A stretch of DNA of 64,000 nucleotides from Octopus bimaculoides (Eukaryota), in the NCBI RefSeq assembly GCF_001194135.2, contig NC_069004.1, forward strand, positions 32,505,264 through 32,569,263, written 5' to 3'. The notes beneath the pieces were generated by a model, which had not been told where the DNA came from, searched no databases, and saw only the letters and a program-made list of their open reading frames with translations. Position numbers and translations under genes: made by a program. Each line of letters begins with the position of its first letter. Within the stretch, counting starts at the first letter, position 1. Of this stretch, positions 51,701 to 64,000 are shown piece by piece.

Positions 51701-54700
51701 TCTAAATCAAAAAACATTATTATTAAAAAAGGTGTTATGACAGGATCAGGAGAGACACATACAAAGAAAATGCCCCAGTGGCATGGCATAGTGTGAAGTG
51801 TGTGGACTATACAGAGTGCGCGGGGCAGCCTCTTTCAGTGTGTTTATTGTAGTTGAAAGTATGCTGTGTTTAAGGAGGGGGTGACCCATTTGGCTACTGG
51901 ATAGGATGGCCAAAACAGGTGCTATGCCCCTGGCTGTCTTATGTTATGACGTCATTACATTTTCTGGTACAAACCTGTTGAAATCAACATAGTTTTTCAT
52001 TGTTCTGAGCAGCAGTAAAATAAATACCCACCAAATACTGAGTATGTGCCAGAGAAAATTTCTTGTATTTCCATGAGATCCTTTCGTTTTTCTGAACAAA
52101 TCCATTGTGATGGGGTGGGGTGAGGTTAATATTTATCATTGAATTATTGATAAAGATTTAATCAACTATAACCTTCAATAACTTAGAAATAAGAGTTTTT
52201 GAGACCATAGACATATGTTACAAATAATTAGTGTTTTAAGCCATAAACGTGTGTGTGTGTGTGTGTGGTGATGATGGTGGTGGTATATTTCTGGATGAAG
52301 AAATCTGTAGTGATTTCATTCGACTAAAAATGACGTCTCTGCTGTAACTTAGAGTTGTTGTCCAAGCGTCATTAGGTGTAGATGCACTGGTCAGTTTAAT
52401 GGTCACATGGTCGATGAAACTCTGAGTAGGAACAGAGTGACTCATCAGTTTAGAACAGTGTGTGTCTAAAGGAAGGGGGGTATATGTGTGTGTGTGTGCA
52501 TGCATATGTATGTATATATATGTTTATATAATTTATATATAATTATGTATAATTTTCATTTTTGTTACATGAATATGTATAATTTATATATCTATTTATA
52601 TATATATGAATATTGATCTAAAGAATTATGATTAGGAGATTCTATACATTTTTTTCCTACTTGTATACCTTTGTAACTCCTATTCTGTCTTGAAACACAT
52701 GTAACATGGAATTAGAAATATACTAAATTTTCCAATATTCTATCTTGATACATAATCAATCTGCAAAAAGAATTCACATGAAATTTCTATTGCTATGTAT
52801 TTTTATTCAAAATAAAATATCTATATACATACATTAAAAAATGCAGATATGATTCACAAGGTCACAGCTTGGATTATAACCCCTTATATATACTTGTATG
52901 TGTGTGTGTATACATACACATGTACAATTTAAATTTATATATCATATGCATTCTATGTATACAATGTATATATGCTTATTCTATCAGCCAATACATGAAT
53001 CCCTGTTTTTTCCTGATTCATGGACTTTTAGACAACTTATTTCTGCAGAATAAATTGGTTATTTCAAGCTTGTTCTCCATAGCTGCTAATCCAGACGATG
53101 CACTCTTCATAGCCATTAAAAATTTAATACGTGCATGTATCCTTTTACTGTTATGGATTTGTATTATCTCGGATATTCTTCAAAGAATGTCCCACCACTA
53201 TCCAAGTTTTACATGGGGCTGCTACTGTAGAAAGTGCTCGACTCAGTCAAGTATATGAGATGGAAAGCCTTTTTCGATGATCATTCACGACCACCTGCAG
53301 ATTCTGAGCACTTTTAGTCTAGAAAATTTCTCTGCCAGGATCAATAGGCAAACTGTGAAGCTGACTTGTTGGACTTCCTACCTTAAGATAGACTTTCAAA
53401 CATCCAGTGACAAAGAGCCCTTGCCATATTATTCCTTTCAGCCTTTTCTGATGATTGCTGGGCTTATCTGAGCTCCTGATATGAAATTGTAATATTGTAT
53501 TTTATTAAAAATAACATAGCCACTCTATTAAACACTATATGAATGCCTCTTTTTATCTGAGTTATGGATTTTTAGACAACTAAGCTGAACATTTATACTT
53601 TGCAAAATGAATGGTTCCAGGTCTCTGAAGCTACGAGATTTGATGTGTTTGTTAGAAGATTGGCTTCTTGTTTCTTTGAGAATGATCAAGTGATGTAAAC
53701 ACCTGAGATGAGACCAAATAAGGGTCGAAAATTGATTAAGGCTGTTCATGTTTTTAATCTATGGAGAAATAGATAAATTTAACATGCTTGTATGTCTTGT
53801 ATGTAGGTTTACACACACACACACACACACACACACATGATGTAGCTTTGCATGTGAATATGCAAATGTCATCTCTCTCTTCTGCCCCCCCCCCACACAC
53901 ACACCTGCCAACTGTATCATTGCTATCCTGCCACTCCCCTATATATACCTGTGTTCACCACTCATTGCTCTCCTCCCTTGTCCCCTAGTCTTTTGTTGCA
54001 CTTTTGTGAACCCTCTGCTCACACACCCTGTCCAACCCTGTGTACTACTCCACTTATATTCATCTCCTTGTACCTTGAGGGTACACACTGGCACATCCCA
54101 CCATCTTCTCTCTCTCTCTCCCCTTGACTGGGGTAGCCATGTATCTCCTCCATAGCCAGACACCTGTTTCTGCCTCTCCATTATAATTTTTAACTTCCCA
54201 TCGCCTGGTACAGAGCCACCTCCCTCAATACCACTCCTCTCTGTTGAAAGGTTTTAGTCTTGCAATTTACTTAATGACCTCGCTGGTGCTGGTGCCACAT
54301 AAAAAGCATTCAGTAGACTCTGTAAATTGGTTGGTGTTATGAAGGGCAATCAACTGTAGAAACCATTCCAAAGCTAACAGTAGAACTTGACCCTACTGTC
54401 TGGTTTGCCAGCTCCCCTGTCAAACCATCTAACCCATGCCAACGTAGAAAGCAGATGTTCAATGATGACAAGGATAAATGGTTCCTTTACATTTTTGTTA
54501 TATTTGAAGGGTGAAAATGTTTAGATTTACATTTTCATGCTTGTCTCCATGTATTTGTTGGCTAAGGGCATTGACACTCCTTGTTTTCAGGCATTAAACA
54601 AACTTTTTTTAACCTTCAAGACTTGGTTAACTGGTGCTGAATGAATTCTTTATGGCAATTAGTAAATATTAGTCTGGAATTTGTCACAAGCCAATACAAA

Positions 54701-54815
54701 CGTCCGATCTGTGATGATTTCTGAAATTGTTATCAATTCTGCGAACCACTGCTTTCATATTCCTGAATAGTAATAACAGCAATGACTCAGGAGAGAATTT
54801 GATAGACAGAAACTG

Positions 54816-54890
<75 letters not shown>

Positions 54891-54907
54891 NNNNNNNNNN
54901 NNNNNNN

Positions 54908-54959
<52 letters not shown>

Positions 54960-56124
54960 GAGAGAAAGAGAGTGTTTGCATTCTGAAATCACATGAGCAA
55001 TAATCAGTGTTCCTCTTATCGTTTCTTTGTCTATTATTAACCGGGAGCTCTGCACTTTCAAATATGAAGGGAATGAAAAACTGGTAAGGGTTGGCAGCAG
55101 CAAAGGCCTCCAACTGTAAAACAATGCTTCAGCAATATGTATTCATCTACCCATACTGGCATGAAAAGTAAGATGTAAAATGTAAGAACAAATGAACGAA
55201 ACAATATATATTTATGTATTCCATGAGGAATCTTTTGTATAAATTGACCCAAGTAGCTAAGAAAATATTGTTACCAGTGTTACTTATAAAGCAGCTGTGG
55301 GTTGGTAAAAATGGTACAGCACCAGACTACATGCCAAAACTCACCTGGTTTCACAGTGGATCACTCTGAGATTGACTTCGCTTCAGAGTGGTCTTGATTC
55401 AGCTGACTACCCCACCACCACCACCACCACCACTACCACCAATATTTTGTGGCTCTGTTTCTGCAATATATGTGAGTGATCCCCCCCTACACCTCCTATT
55501 TCATCCCACTCTCTTTGTTAATCTGTTCAGTCAGACAGTCACATGGTTCCGTCTTTGTAAAGGTGGTGGTGGTGGTAGTGATGGTGGTGCATGTGGATAA
55601 TGTGGTAGATATTTTTCAACTATTTCTATACAAGAAATAAACAAGGACACACTCCATAGAGTCAGTCGGAGTCTGTTGATCACAAGATTGTATTTTGTGT
55701 GTGTGTGTGTGTGCGTGTGTATGTATACAACCTCAAGGTTTGTGTGAGGTGGAGAGAACGCATTTCATATATAGATTATCAGAGGGACTATAAAATAACA
55801 AATTAGACAAAAACACCATGACTTGGCATTAGAGTTTGTCTTGTGACAAGGCTGTGTTGTTGTTTAGCCCAAGTCAACACTGATTGTAAAGACTTATGGT
55901 CAGTCTTTGTTCTAAATGATGAATATATTATATAATACTATGGCAGTATAGTACATCATCTGTAGTGTATGTACAATAGTATGCTTGTGCAATAGACTTT
56001 CTTTGATAAATGTACAATACTATGGCAGTATAGTACACCTTATGTAATACCAGGTAGAGTCAAAGGTCTTTTTCGTATTTCAGGCTTTAGTTAATAGTTC
56101 AAACAAATTATTTATGGAAAGCAT

Positions 56125-56400
56125 TTATTCATCAAAATATATCCCATTATAATCTGTTGCCATCATTGTGCCAGTAACTCACTTCCGCACTTATCCCATT
56201 TGGATGGTTTAGAGGCAAAAATGTCCCTGCACCTGTTTTCAAACTTATCTCTAACTGTTTAGCCTCCATCCATGCAGGAAATAATAAGCCATGGCTTGAA
56301 AAATGTGGTAATCAGATGGTGCAAGCTCTGGACTGCAAATACCTCAGAAACCCAGACTTACTGATGACTGTCCAGGTGTTGTTCTTACCAACGACTACAA
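56125..56400 (-). pseudogene. Second mariner transposase remnant (C-terminus)
   Basis: CSPELAPSDYHIFQAM (56290-56337) and terminal NGIYFDE* (stop 56125-56127). Confidence 0.8.
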
Positions 56401-56603
56401 TATCCATACTACATATTGTCTTATAAAGCATAGTGATACAACCTTATACAAATTACTAACAACTATCCTCTGCTATTTCCATCTGTGATGGAAACAAACA
56501 ACCAGTGGTGCCACCATGTGGTCAGCTTATTAAATTGTTTGTCCATTACATTTGTACCAGTTCAGCTTCCATTGTTTTTGGTTTCTGAATATTATAAAAG
56601 TAC

Positions 56604-57055
56604 CCCCTTCAGTCATGACTGACCATGGGATTGCACCTAGAAAGTTACCTTCTGAGGCACAAGTCCAGGCAAGGTTGTTTATGGAAGACCAGCAGTCACC
56701 CATGCATACCGGCCTCCCCTCTCTATGCCACTGATGTTATCCAAGGGAAAAGCAAAGGCCGATACAGCTTGGCACCAGTGACGCCACAACCTTGTGATTG
56801 TGAGCCCAACACTCTAACCACTGAGTGAACTGGAGCAACATGAGATAAAGTGTCTTGCCCAAGAACACAACACACAGCCCATTCCAGGAATTGAACTCAC
56901 TACCTCATGATTGTGAACCCAACACTTTAAATACTGAGTGAATTGGAGCAACATGAGATAAAGTGTCTTGCTCAAGAACACAACACACAGCCCATTTCAG
57001 GAATCGAACTCACTACCTCATGATTGTGAGCCCAACACTCTAAATACTGAGCTAT
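56604..57055 (-). mobile_element. SINE family C with tandemly repeated 113-bp head
   Basis: tgattgtga(g/a)cccaacact at 56795, 56908 and 57021. Confidence 0.85.
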
Positions 57056-57109
57056 GCTACAGCTTCAAGCATTTTCTCCTCATAGTTCCACCAGTGAAGA
57101 ACAATGAAA

Positions 57110-57501
57110 TATGATGCTTCTTTCATAATGAAAGTTGTTACATTTGCATTCTCTTTGAAACAGCAGAGCTGTAGTGAGGAAATGTGGAGTGAATGAAAAG
57201 TTTGTGCATGATTGGAAGAAAAATGAACATCTGTGAATTTGCCAGAGAAGAAATGTGTTGCATTGGTCTGAATTAGGAAACTATGTGGAAGGTTGAATCA
57301 AAGAAAACCAATAATTATTCGGTTACCTGAGGTAGCATATGTACTCAATACTCAAAGATTGAAGTGAGCAAAACCTCTTCCACAAGTGAAAGTAATGATT
57401 CTAGAATGACAACAGATTGATGTTCTTGCTTTATTCTGGGGGCAAAAATGCATTTTTTTTTATTAATTGAGAGAAAAGACACAGATTGCATAGAACTTCC
57501 C
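57110..57501 (+). pseudogene. pogo/Tigger-like transposase N-terminal remnant (Brinker-like + CENP-B-type HTH)
   Basis: Across frameshifts: YDASFIMKVVTFA, RAVVRKCGVNEKFVHDWKK, HWSELGNYVEG*IKE, LREKTQIA*NFP. Confidence 0.7.
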
Positions 57502-60500
57502 AACAGAACTTGGAGGCAAAAAATTTCACTAATTTCCACAGATCTATGATGCATGGAAGTGTGGTTTCAGATGTTTGCTTGCCAACCATGTGATTATGGA
57601 TTCAGTCCCACTGTGTAGTACCAAAGGTCATTGTCTCCATGTCTTGACATCATATGATGGTGGTAAGTAAGTGTCACTGTCATACAAGTGGTGCTAGTCG
57701 TCAGGAAATATTCCTTTGCTTATAAACAGATGAGGGTTGGCAACAGGAAAGGCATCTGGCCATAGAAAATCTGCCTCAACAAAATTCCATCCAGTCTATG
57801 GATGCATGGAAAAGTGGACATTAAAATGATGATGACAATGGTATCATGAGATTGAAGAATGAATAAAACTAGCCACAGTGTTAAATCGGGAATATGAATG
57901 ACATTCTTTTTTTTTTTTTATATGCCTTGCAATAAAACTGTGAAAAGCAAAAATAAATAAAAAAACCCTAAAAAACTATTTAATTATGTATGGATTACAG
58001 ATTAAATTCACTGTTGTATTAAGCTGCCTCACAGATAGAACTAACTTAAAACCAATGTTTATTTTTAAATACCAAATATAAAGTTCCTTCCAGGTGTTTT
58101 TGTTCATGTTCTTGAGAAAGGTTGGATGGATCAAACTGGAGTATATTTATGCAATGTGAATGAGTGGGACAAGCACTTCTGTGATCTTAACGCTTTTGAT
58201 ATCAATCTGCCTGATATTCCCTCTTGGTTTCTATCCTAAAAACTTCTTGTTTTAAAATGATATCTAAATTAAAACCTTCCAGTAAAAAATTTCATGTTAG
58301 TTCATTCCAAACTGTAGCATAATAAATGACAGTTATTTTACTAAATTAATAGAAACAAAGACAGTGTGTTTCAAGACAAAATATGGTAACAAAAGAGTTT
58401 AAGTGATCCAGGTTCGAAAACCTTCCTTCAAAATTCCGTGTATATTTCTGTTCCAAACACCAGCTTTAATAATAACAAAGCTATTTTTAATTGAAACAAA
58501 GCCAGTGTATTTCTACAGAAATATGTTGACAAAAGGGTGGAGAAAGGGAAAATGCTCGTTGGTTTGAGATGCATTCAACTCCTGTTTAACAATGTTCTGA
58601 ATTATTTAGTACAAAAATAAATCTATAACTACAACGAACAGTGTATATAATTTATGTAATTCATATTCAGTTATCCTTCGCCATATTGTGGTTCACCTAT
58701 CGTGGTTTATTGTTTAAGTTGATTCCTCTGTAGTGTTGTTTTGCATTTATAATAAAATAAATATTTACAAATTATAAAAATGATTAAAAAAAAATGTACA
58801 GTATTGTTTCTACTTCACGGATTTTCATCTATTGCAGGGGGTTTTGGAATTTAACATCCGTGATAGGAAATACTGTATAATATATATAATTCATCATCAT
58901 CATCATCTGTCCGTCTTCCATGCTGGCATGGTTTCTACAGCTGGATGCCCTTCTTAATATAGCAAGCACTTTACAGTGTGTATTGGGTGCTTTTTTCATT
59001 ACTTCAGCACTTGTGAGGTTGTCAAGCACCTTACATGACAAAGGAAATGTCCATTCCACTGAGTGGGGTTGTAGTGGAGCAGGAGGTGGCTTTATGTCAG
59101 ATGTTGAGGGGCTAAAATAGGGATTGAGAGACATAGAAGAGGTACATAGCTACACCACATTACATAAGGGTTGTAAGGATAGAGGGAAGTAGAGGAGGAA
59201 CATAACTACACTGTATTGGTGGGAGTAGTTGGAAAGAAGACAAAGATGGTGGCGACGAGATGTCAAAGTGTAAAATTCTCTGGGAATTTATGTCTGTTTT
59301 AGTCTCAGTGTAAGTCTAAATAAACTATTTAAAGATAATATTTGTTTGGAATGGAACAAATGGATGATTGATGGAGAAGAAAAAAAAAATTACTCATGGA
59401 AGATGATAAGTGGATATGTGTGTGTGTGTGTGTGTGTGTGCATGATACTGGATGTATCATGTAATTCCCATGACGAAGTCTCAGAAAGATGTTTCGAGTA
59501 GAAACTGTCATAAAATTATTTTAAAAAATGTGCAATTTGAAATGTAGTGAATGGAGAAAGAAGATATTTCGTGAAAGCAAGAGAAAAGCGACGACGAGGA
59601 GAAGGACAGAAAGATTGCAAAAATGTGGTAACTTCTAGCAATTTAGATCTGTCTGTTGATTTCTTTACTGCAGATGATGAGCAATATTTTACAGCAAAGA
59701 TTATGAAGGATTTAAAAATTTTAGTTACACATGTTTTTATTATCAGTAAAATATAGCTTTTAAGCATAATTAACCTTGGAGTTTAAAATTTATGAAATGT
59801 TTATGAGTTTGCGTTTTAAAAATTATAATATCTTATCTACAGTTTTTCACTGCTAATAACATAACTTTTCAAGCGATGTTTATTTTAAGAGCGCTATCAA
59901 AGAGTGCAATAATAATAATAATAATGATAATAATAATAATAATGATGTCAATGTGTCTATATTTAGTAATCTGCTATTATTTATCATTAAACTGTCATTA
60001 CTCTCATGGTGTACGGCACCTAAGTACGAGGCACACATTATCTTCCTCTGTCGGTTGAAATTACAGTAACTTGGCCACAGATGAACTGTGCCAATCTTAC
60101 ATCTTCACTGAATGCTCTGGTAAACATTGTTTGCATTAACTTTCAGTAATGAATTCAGTCTACTCGGTAGCTGTGTATTTGTTCTGATGCTTTTATGAAA
60201 CTCTGCAAGCAACATGCATATCATATTTGTTTCAGTGGCTGCTGGGCTACACTGACATTTTTATCAGGGATTACTGTAGCTGTACCAGCTATTAATATGT
60301 ACTGGTTTATTATTATTATTATTATCATTTTTAAAATATTTTTATGGAGGTGAGCTGGTAGAATTGGTAGCACATTAGGTGAAATGATTAGTGGCATTTC
60401 ATCTATCTTTATGTTCTGAGTTCAAATTCTGCTGCAGTCAACTTTGCCTTTCATCCTTTCAGGGTCAATGAAATAAGTACCAGTTATGTGTTGGGGTTGA

Positions 60501-61349
60501 TGTAATTGACTTACCCACTCCCCTGAATTTCTAGCCTTTTACCTATAGTAGAAGGGGTTATTATTATCATTATTATTATTATAATAATTATTATTACAGT
60601 GCCCCCTCTTTATAAGGCGTCTCACTATACCGTGTCCCCACAAACTTCAAATAAGCACCAGGGGTCAGACTGTTCAACTAGATTGTTCAAGACAGTGCCC
60701 CAGTATAGCCACAATCCAATGTCTGAAACAAGTAAAAGTTAAAAGAATAAATTAAACCACAAAAATTATAAAGTTGGAAGCATACTCTGGAAAAAAATAT
60801 ACCCCCCCCTCTTACACACACACAAGATGTTACATATGCTAATTCTTCTATTTGGCAGTCATCATCTGTAATTAAGACTGCAGTGAACTTGTCTTGGGTG
60901 GGGAAGGACAGGGGTATGTTAAAACCCTTGATAGTGTCTTATGGCTTTTTGATTCTGCTAATGCCCTTTGAAGAGCCATAAACCTTGCGTCTCCTGTTTA
61001 AAAATCAATCAAGTAGGGGAAGGAAAGGTCAAAGCGGTTATCTATCACACCAGTGCAAAAGCTAGGGTATTGATTTCTGACATAAATCAAAGGCCTCAAG
61101 TTTCTAGGATATAAACATTGATTGTTTTGTACTTTAGGTTTATCAACTCCCCAGAAGGACGAAGGGAAAATTCAGTTTGTACCTGAGATACAATGTGAAC
61201 GTGCCAACAGGTGGTCATCTAGATCGTTCAGCCACCCACAGCTATCTTCCAAATCTTCGAAAAGTTTTTAGGTAACATCCCACCTGAGACCATCCCTGGT
61301 TCTATGCTACACCCTCCCTTTTCTTAAAGTGATTTAAATTAAAATCAGC

Positions 61350-62460
61350 ATCATTATTGTTTAACATCCATCTTCCATGCATGCGTGGGTAGGACGGTTG
61401 ACAGGAGCTGGCCAGGTAGAAAAACTACCCAACCATTCTGCAGAGTAGACTCAGTACTTTTTACATGGCACTAGCAGAGGTGAGGTTAGTTTTGGCATGA
61501 TTTTTACAGCTGAATGTCTTTCCAAATGTCAACCACATTACAGAGGGTGGACTGCATGCTTTTTACATGGCACCAGCACTGGCAGGGTCACCAAGTAACT
61601 CGCAAGACAAGGAATTATGAAAGGGACAGGGGCATTTGAGGAGGGGAACTTGTGCCAGAGGATGAAAGGTTAGAGTGTGACAAAGAGACAGATAGACAGA
61701 AGCAGGTGTCTTGCCACAACAGAGGGGGGGGGGGCATTAGAAGAGGTGGTTCAGTAGCAAATGATGAAAGGTTAGAGTGTAACTGAGAAATAGAGAGGCA
61801 GATTCTAATGAATTTATGTTCCAAACTTCAGCTAAATAACGACAAAGTTACTTTAATAAATTCTTGAAATATTTTTCATGCTCAGAATTGTTGAATCATA
61901 AAATAAATTTCAGTTGTTAGCTGTCAGCACTCTGCGTCCTCCCAGATTTCCATGTTTCATAAAATTCACCCACACCACTTCTGACATGCCTATACGTCTG
62001 TTCCACTTGATGACTCTTTTTCTGTCTTGTAGCGTTTTATTCCGTGTACCACGCATGTACTTTTGGCTGCCATTGTTGTCTTTCTTACTTGATTTATTGC
62101 TGCTTTCTCTTCCCTCTTTTACTCTCTTCTGATGAATTGTAGTGTTTCTGAGTACTGAATACATCATCATCATTTAACGTCCACTCTCCATGCTGGCATA
62201 GGTTGGATGGTTTGACTGAAAACTGGTAAGCTGGAGAGCTGCTCCAGCTTCCCTTCTGATTTGGCAGGGTTTCTACAGCTGGATGCCCTTCTTAACACCA
62301 ACCACTCCAAAAGTGTAGTGGGTGCTTCTTACATGCCACTGGCATAAGGTGCCAGTTACGAAAAACCAGTACCAGGCACAACTAAGATCTCACTTGGCTT
62401 GACAGGTGTTCTCTAGCATAGTATATTGCCAAAGATCTCAGTCACCTGTCACTGCCTCCA
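61350..62460 (-). mobile_element. Older RTE 3' UTR / RTE-related fragments (also 58895-59130 minus; 14540-14690, 21810-21920, 54290-54475 and 57720-57840 plus)
   Basis: Diverged matches to tttaacgtcc.ctttccatgct.gcatgggttgga...tttctacagctggatgccctt. Confidence 0.7.
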
Positions 62461-63598
62461 TGACAAGTGGCTGTGACAATAAGCTCAATATTCTTATTAT
62501 TGAAGCAGTGAGCTAACAGAACTATTAGTGCATCAAACAAAATGTTTAGTGACATTTCTTTCAGCTCTTTACTTTCTGAGTTTAAATTCTTCCAAGGCCA
62601 TCTTTGCTGTTCAGCCATCCAGGGTTAATAAAATAAAGAACTAGTCAAATCCTGGAAGAGAGCGATGTAATCAACTTGCCCCCTTCCCCTCAAAATTGCT
62701 TCTCTTATGCCAATATTTGAAACACTTATTATTTTCAAAATTAAGTGAAACAGTGATTCTCAGCAAAAATATTGTAACAAAATGCTTAAATTTATAGCCA
62801 ACTCTTTTGAAAAAGAGAAAAATATTGACAATGTACACCCTTACACCTCTCCACTGATAGTTTACCTTGCTTTTTAGTTTCACTTCAGCCTCTCCCATCA
62901 TCTTCCTTGTATGATTTGAGTAGCCATATAGCTTCTCTACAACAAGAAACCTGTTCTGCCCTGGCCCCTTTTTTCAAACTTTAACCTTTCATCTTCAAAT
63001 ATAAAGCTGCTTTCCTCTGTACTGTAGACCCACTCACTCACAGAAAAAAAAAGGGATCTTCGTCTTAAGAGCTGCATAGCAACCTTACCTTTTGTTAATT
63101 AGAGCAATGAAAAGGTGTTTCTTTCAACTCCTTCCTACCCACTTTGTCCCCAGTAACCACAGAAAATCTTCCACAGCCTCCCAGGAGACGGTACCACCCA
63201 TTTCAAGAATCATCTGATATCTTTATATAAATAAAATGTTTGTTTGATAATTGCACCTATATTTCTGCACTATATAAATACATATTTGCAGTGTCTGTAT
63301 ATGTGTGTATATTTAAATAAGCTATACAATTAGAGCAATATAATGTAACTTGTTTGCGCTATCCAAAACGATTTGATTATAGATTTTATTCAAATATAAA
63401 TACACGTAAACCTGAACTTGCTCACTTCTCCTTGTGTGTGTGTGGCAAGCACTTTGATGTTTACATACGTAAAACCATACAAAAAGAATGACTGTGTCTC
63501 TCTATATGCGTGTATGATTGTATACAAGGATATGTATAGTAGTATGGAAGGTGTATATGTATATATATATATATATACATATGTATATATATGTATAT

Positions 63599-63645
<47 letters not shown>

Positions 63646-64000
63646 CGTGTGTGTGTGTGTGTCTCTGTGTTTACAAGCCAAATTATTTGTTTCTTGTTCA
63701 ATGTCTTATCGGGAAGAAATGCAAAACAACAACACCAAAAGGAAACAGAAACAAACCAATGTATTGTAATGTTTTTGTTGCCCTCATGGCAAATACAGCA
63801 GTCATTATCGTTATCATTTTATTATTATTATTATTTTCTTTTTTTTTTTCTTGTAATTTTTCTTTTCCTAGTAATTTGGTCCAGCTGTAAGAAATTTAAT
63901 TCAATACACATACAGTTTACTCAAAACTGTTTTTGTTGTTGTTGTTGTGTTGGGGAGGAATAGAGTGGAAGTCAGAGGAGGAGGAGACGAAAATCACTGA

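Noticed and set aside
52410-52450. Hammerhead around CTGATGA on the minus strand
   Set aside because: The GAAA lies on the opposite strand; it is a simple hairpin
59547-60270. Coding exons (ORF 59547-59756 and acceptor/donor pairs at about 60067-60120 and 60235-60305)
   Set aside because: Phases are inconsistent, donors are weak, and a Tigger-type TIR (cagggattactgta, about 60256-60269) suggests transposon debris
61120-61212. Exon after tactttag
   Set aside because: Sequence matches a decayed reverse-strand SINE B segment

Overview
AT-rich, repeat-saturated eukaryotic DNA with six N-gaps. The SINE, RTE-tail and microsatellite content resembles an octopod cephalopod genome (inference from repeat families; species not established). 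No intact protein-coding gene is supported: most ORFs in the track are microsatellite or low-complexity artefacts or decayed transposon frames. Recognisable content includes a near-full-length decayed mariner transposase (6020-7029), a TTAA-flanked piggyBac deletion derivative (374-1084), RTE LINE 3' fragments, a second mariner remnant, a pogo remnant, several MITEs with visible TIRs/TSDs, and many copies of about four SINE-like families. The most interesting signal is a set of minimal type I hammerhead-ribozyme motifs. One is nearly canonical and lies inside a 492-bp fold-back insertion (26161-26222). Another lies behind a tRNA-like Pol III head with an inverted tail copy (35387-35742), suggesting a Penelope-dependent, ribozyme-carrying non-autonomous retroelement system. 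Weaker signals are plus-strand splice sites (a recursive-splice-like AG|GTAAGA at 36067/36068 and a candidate first coding exon at 49206-49258), a CpG-retaining domain (about 44.1-49.3 kb) and a repeat-spacer-like array (45221-45510).
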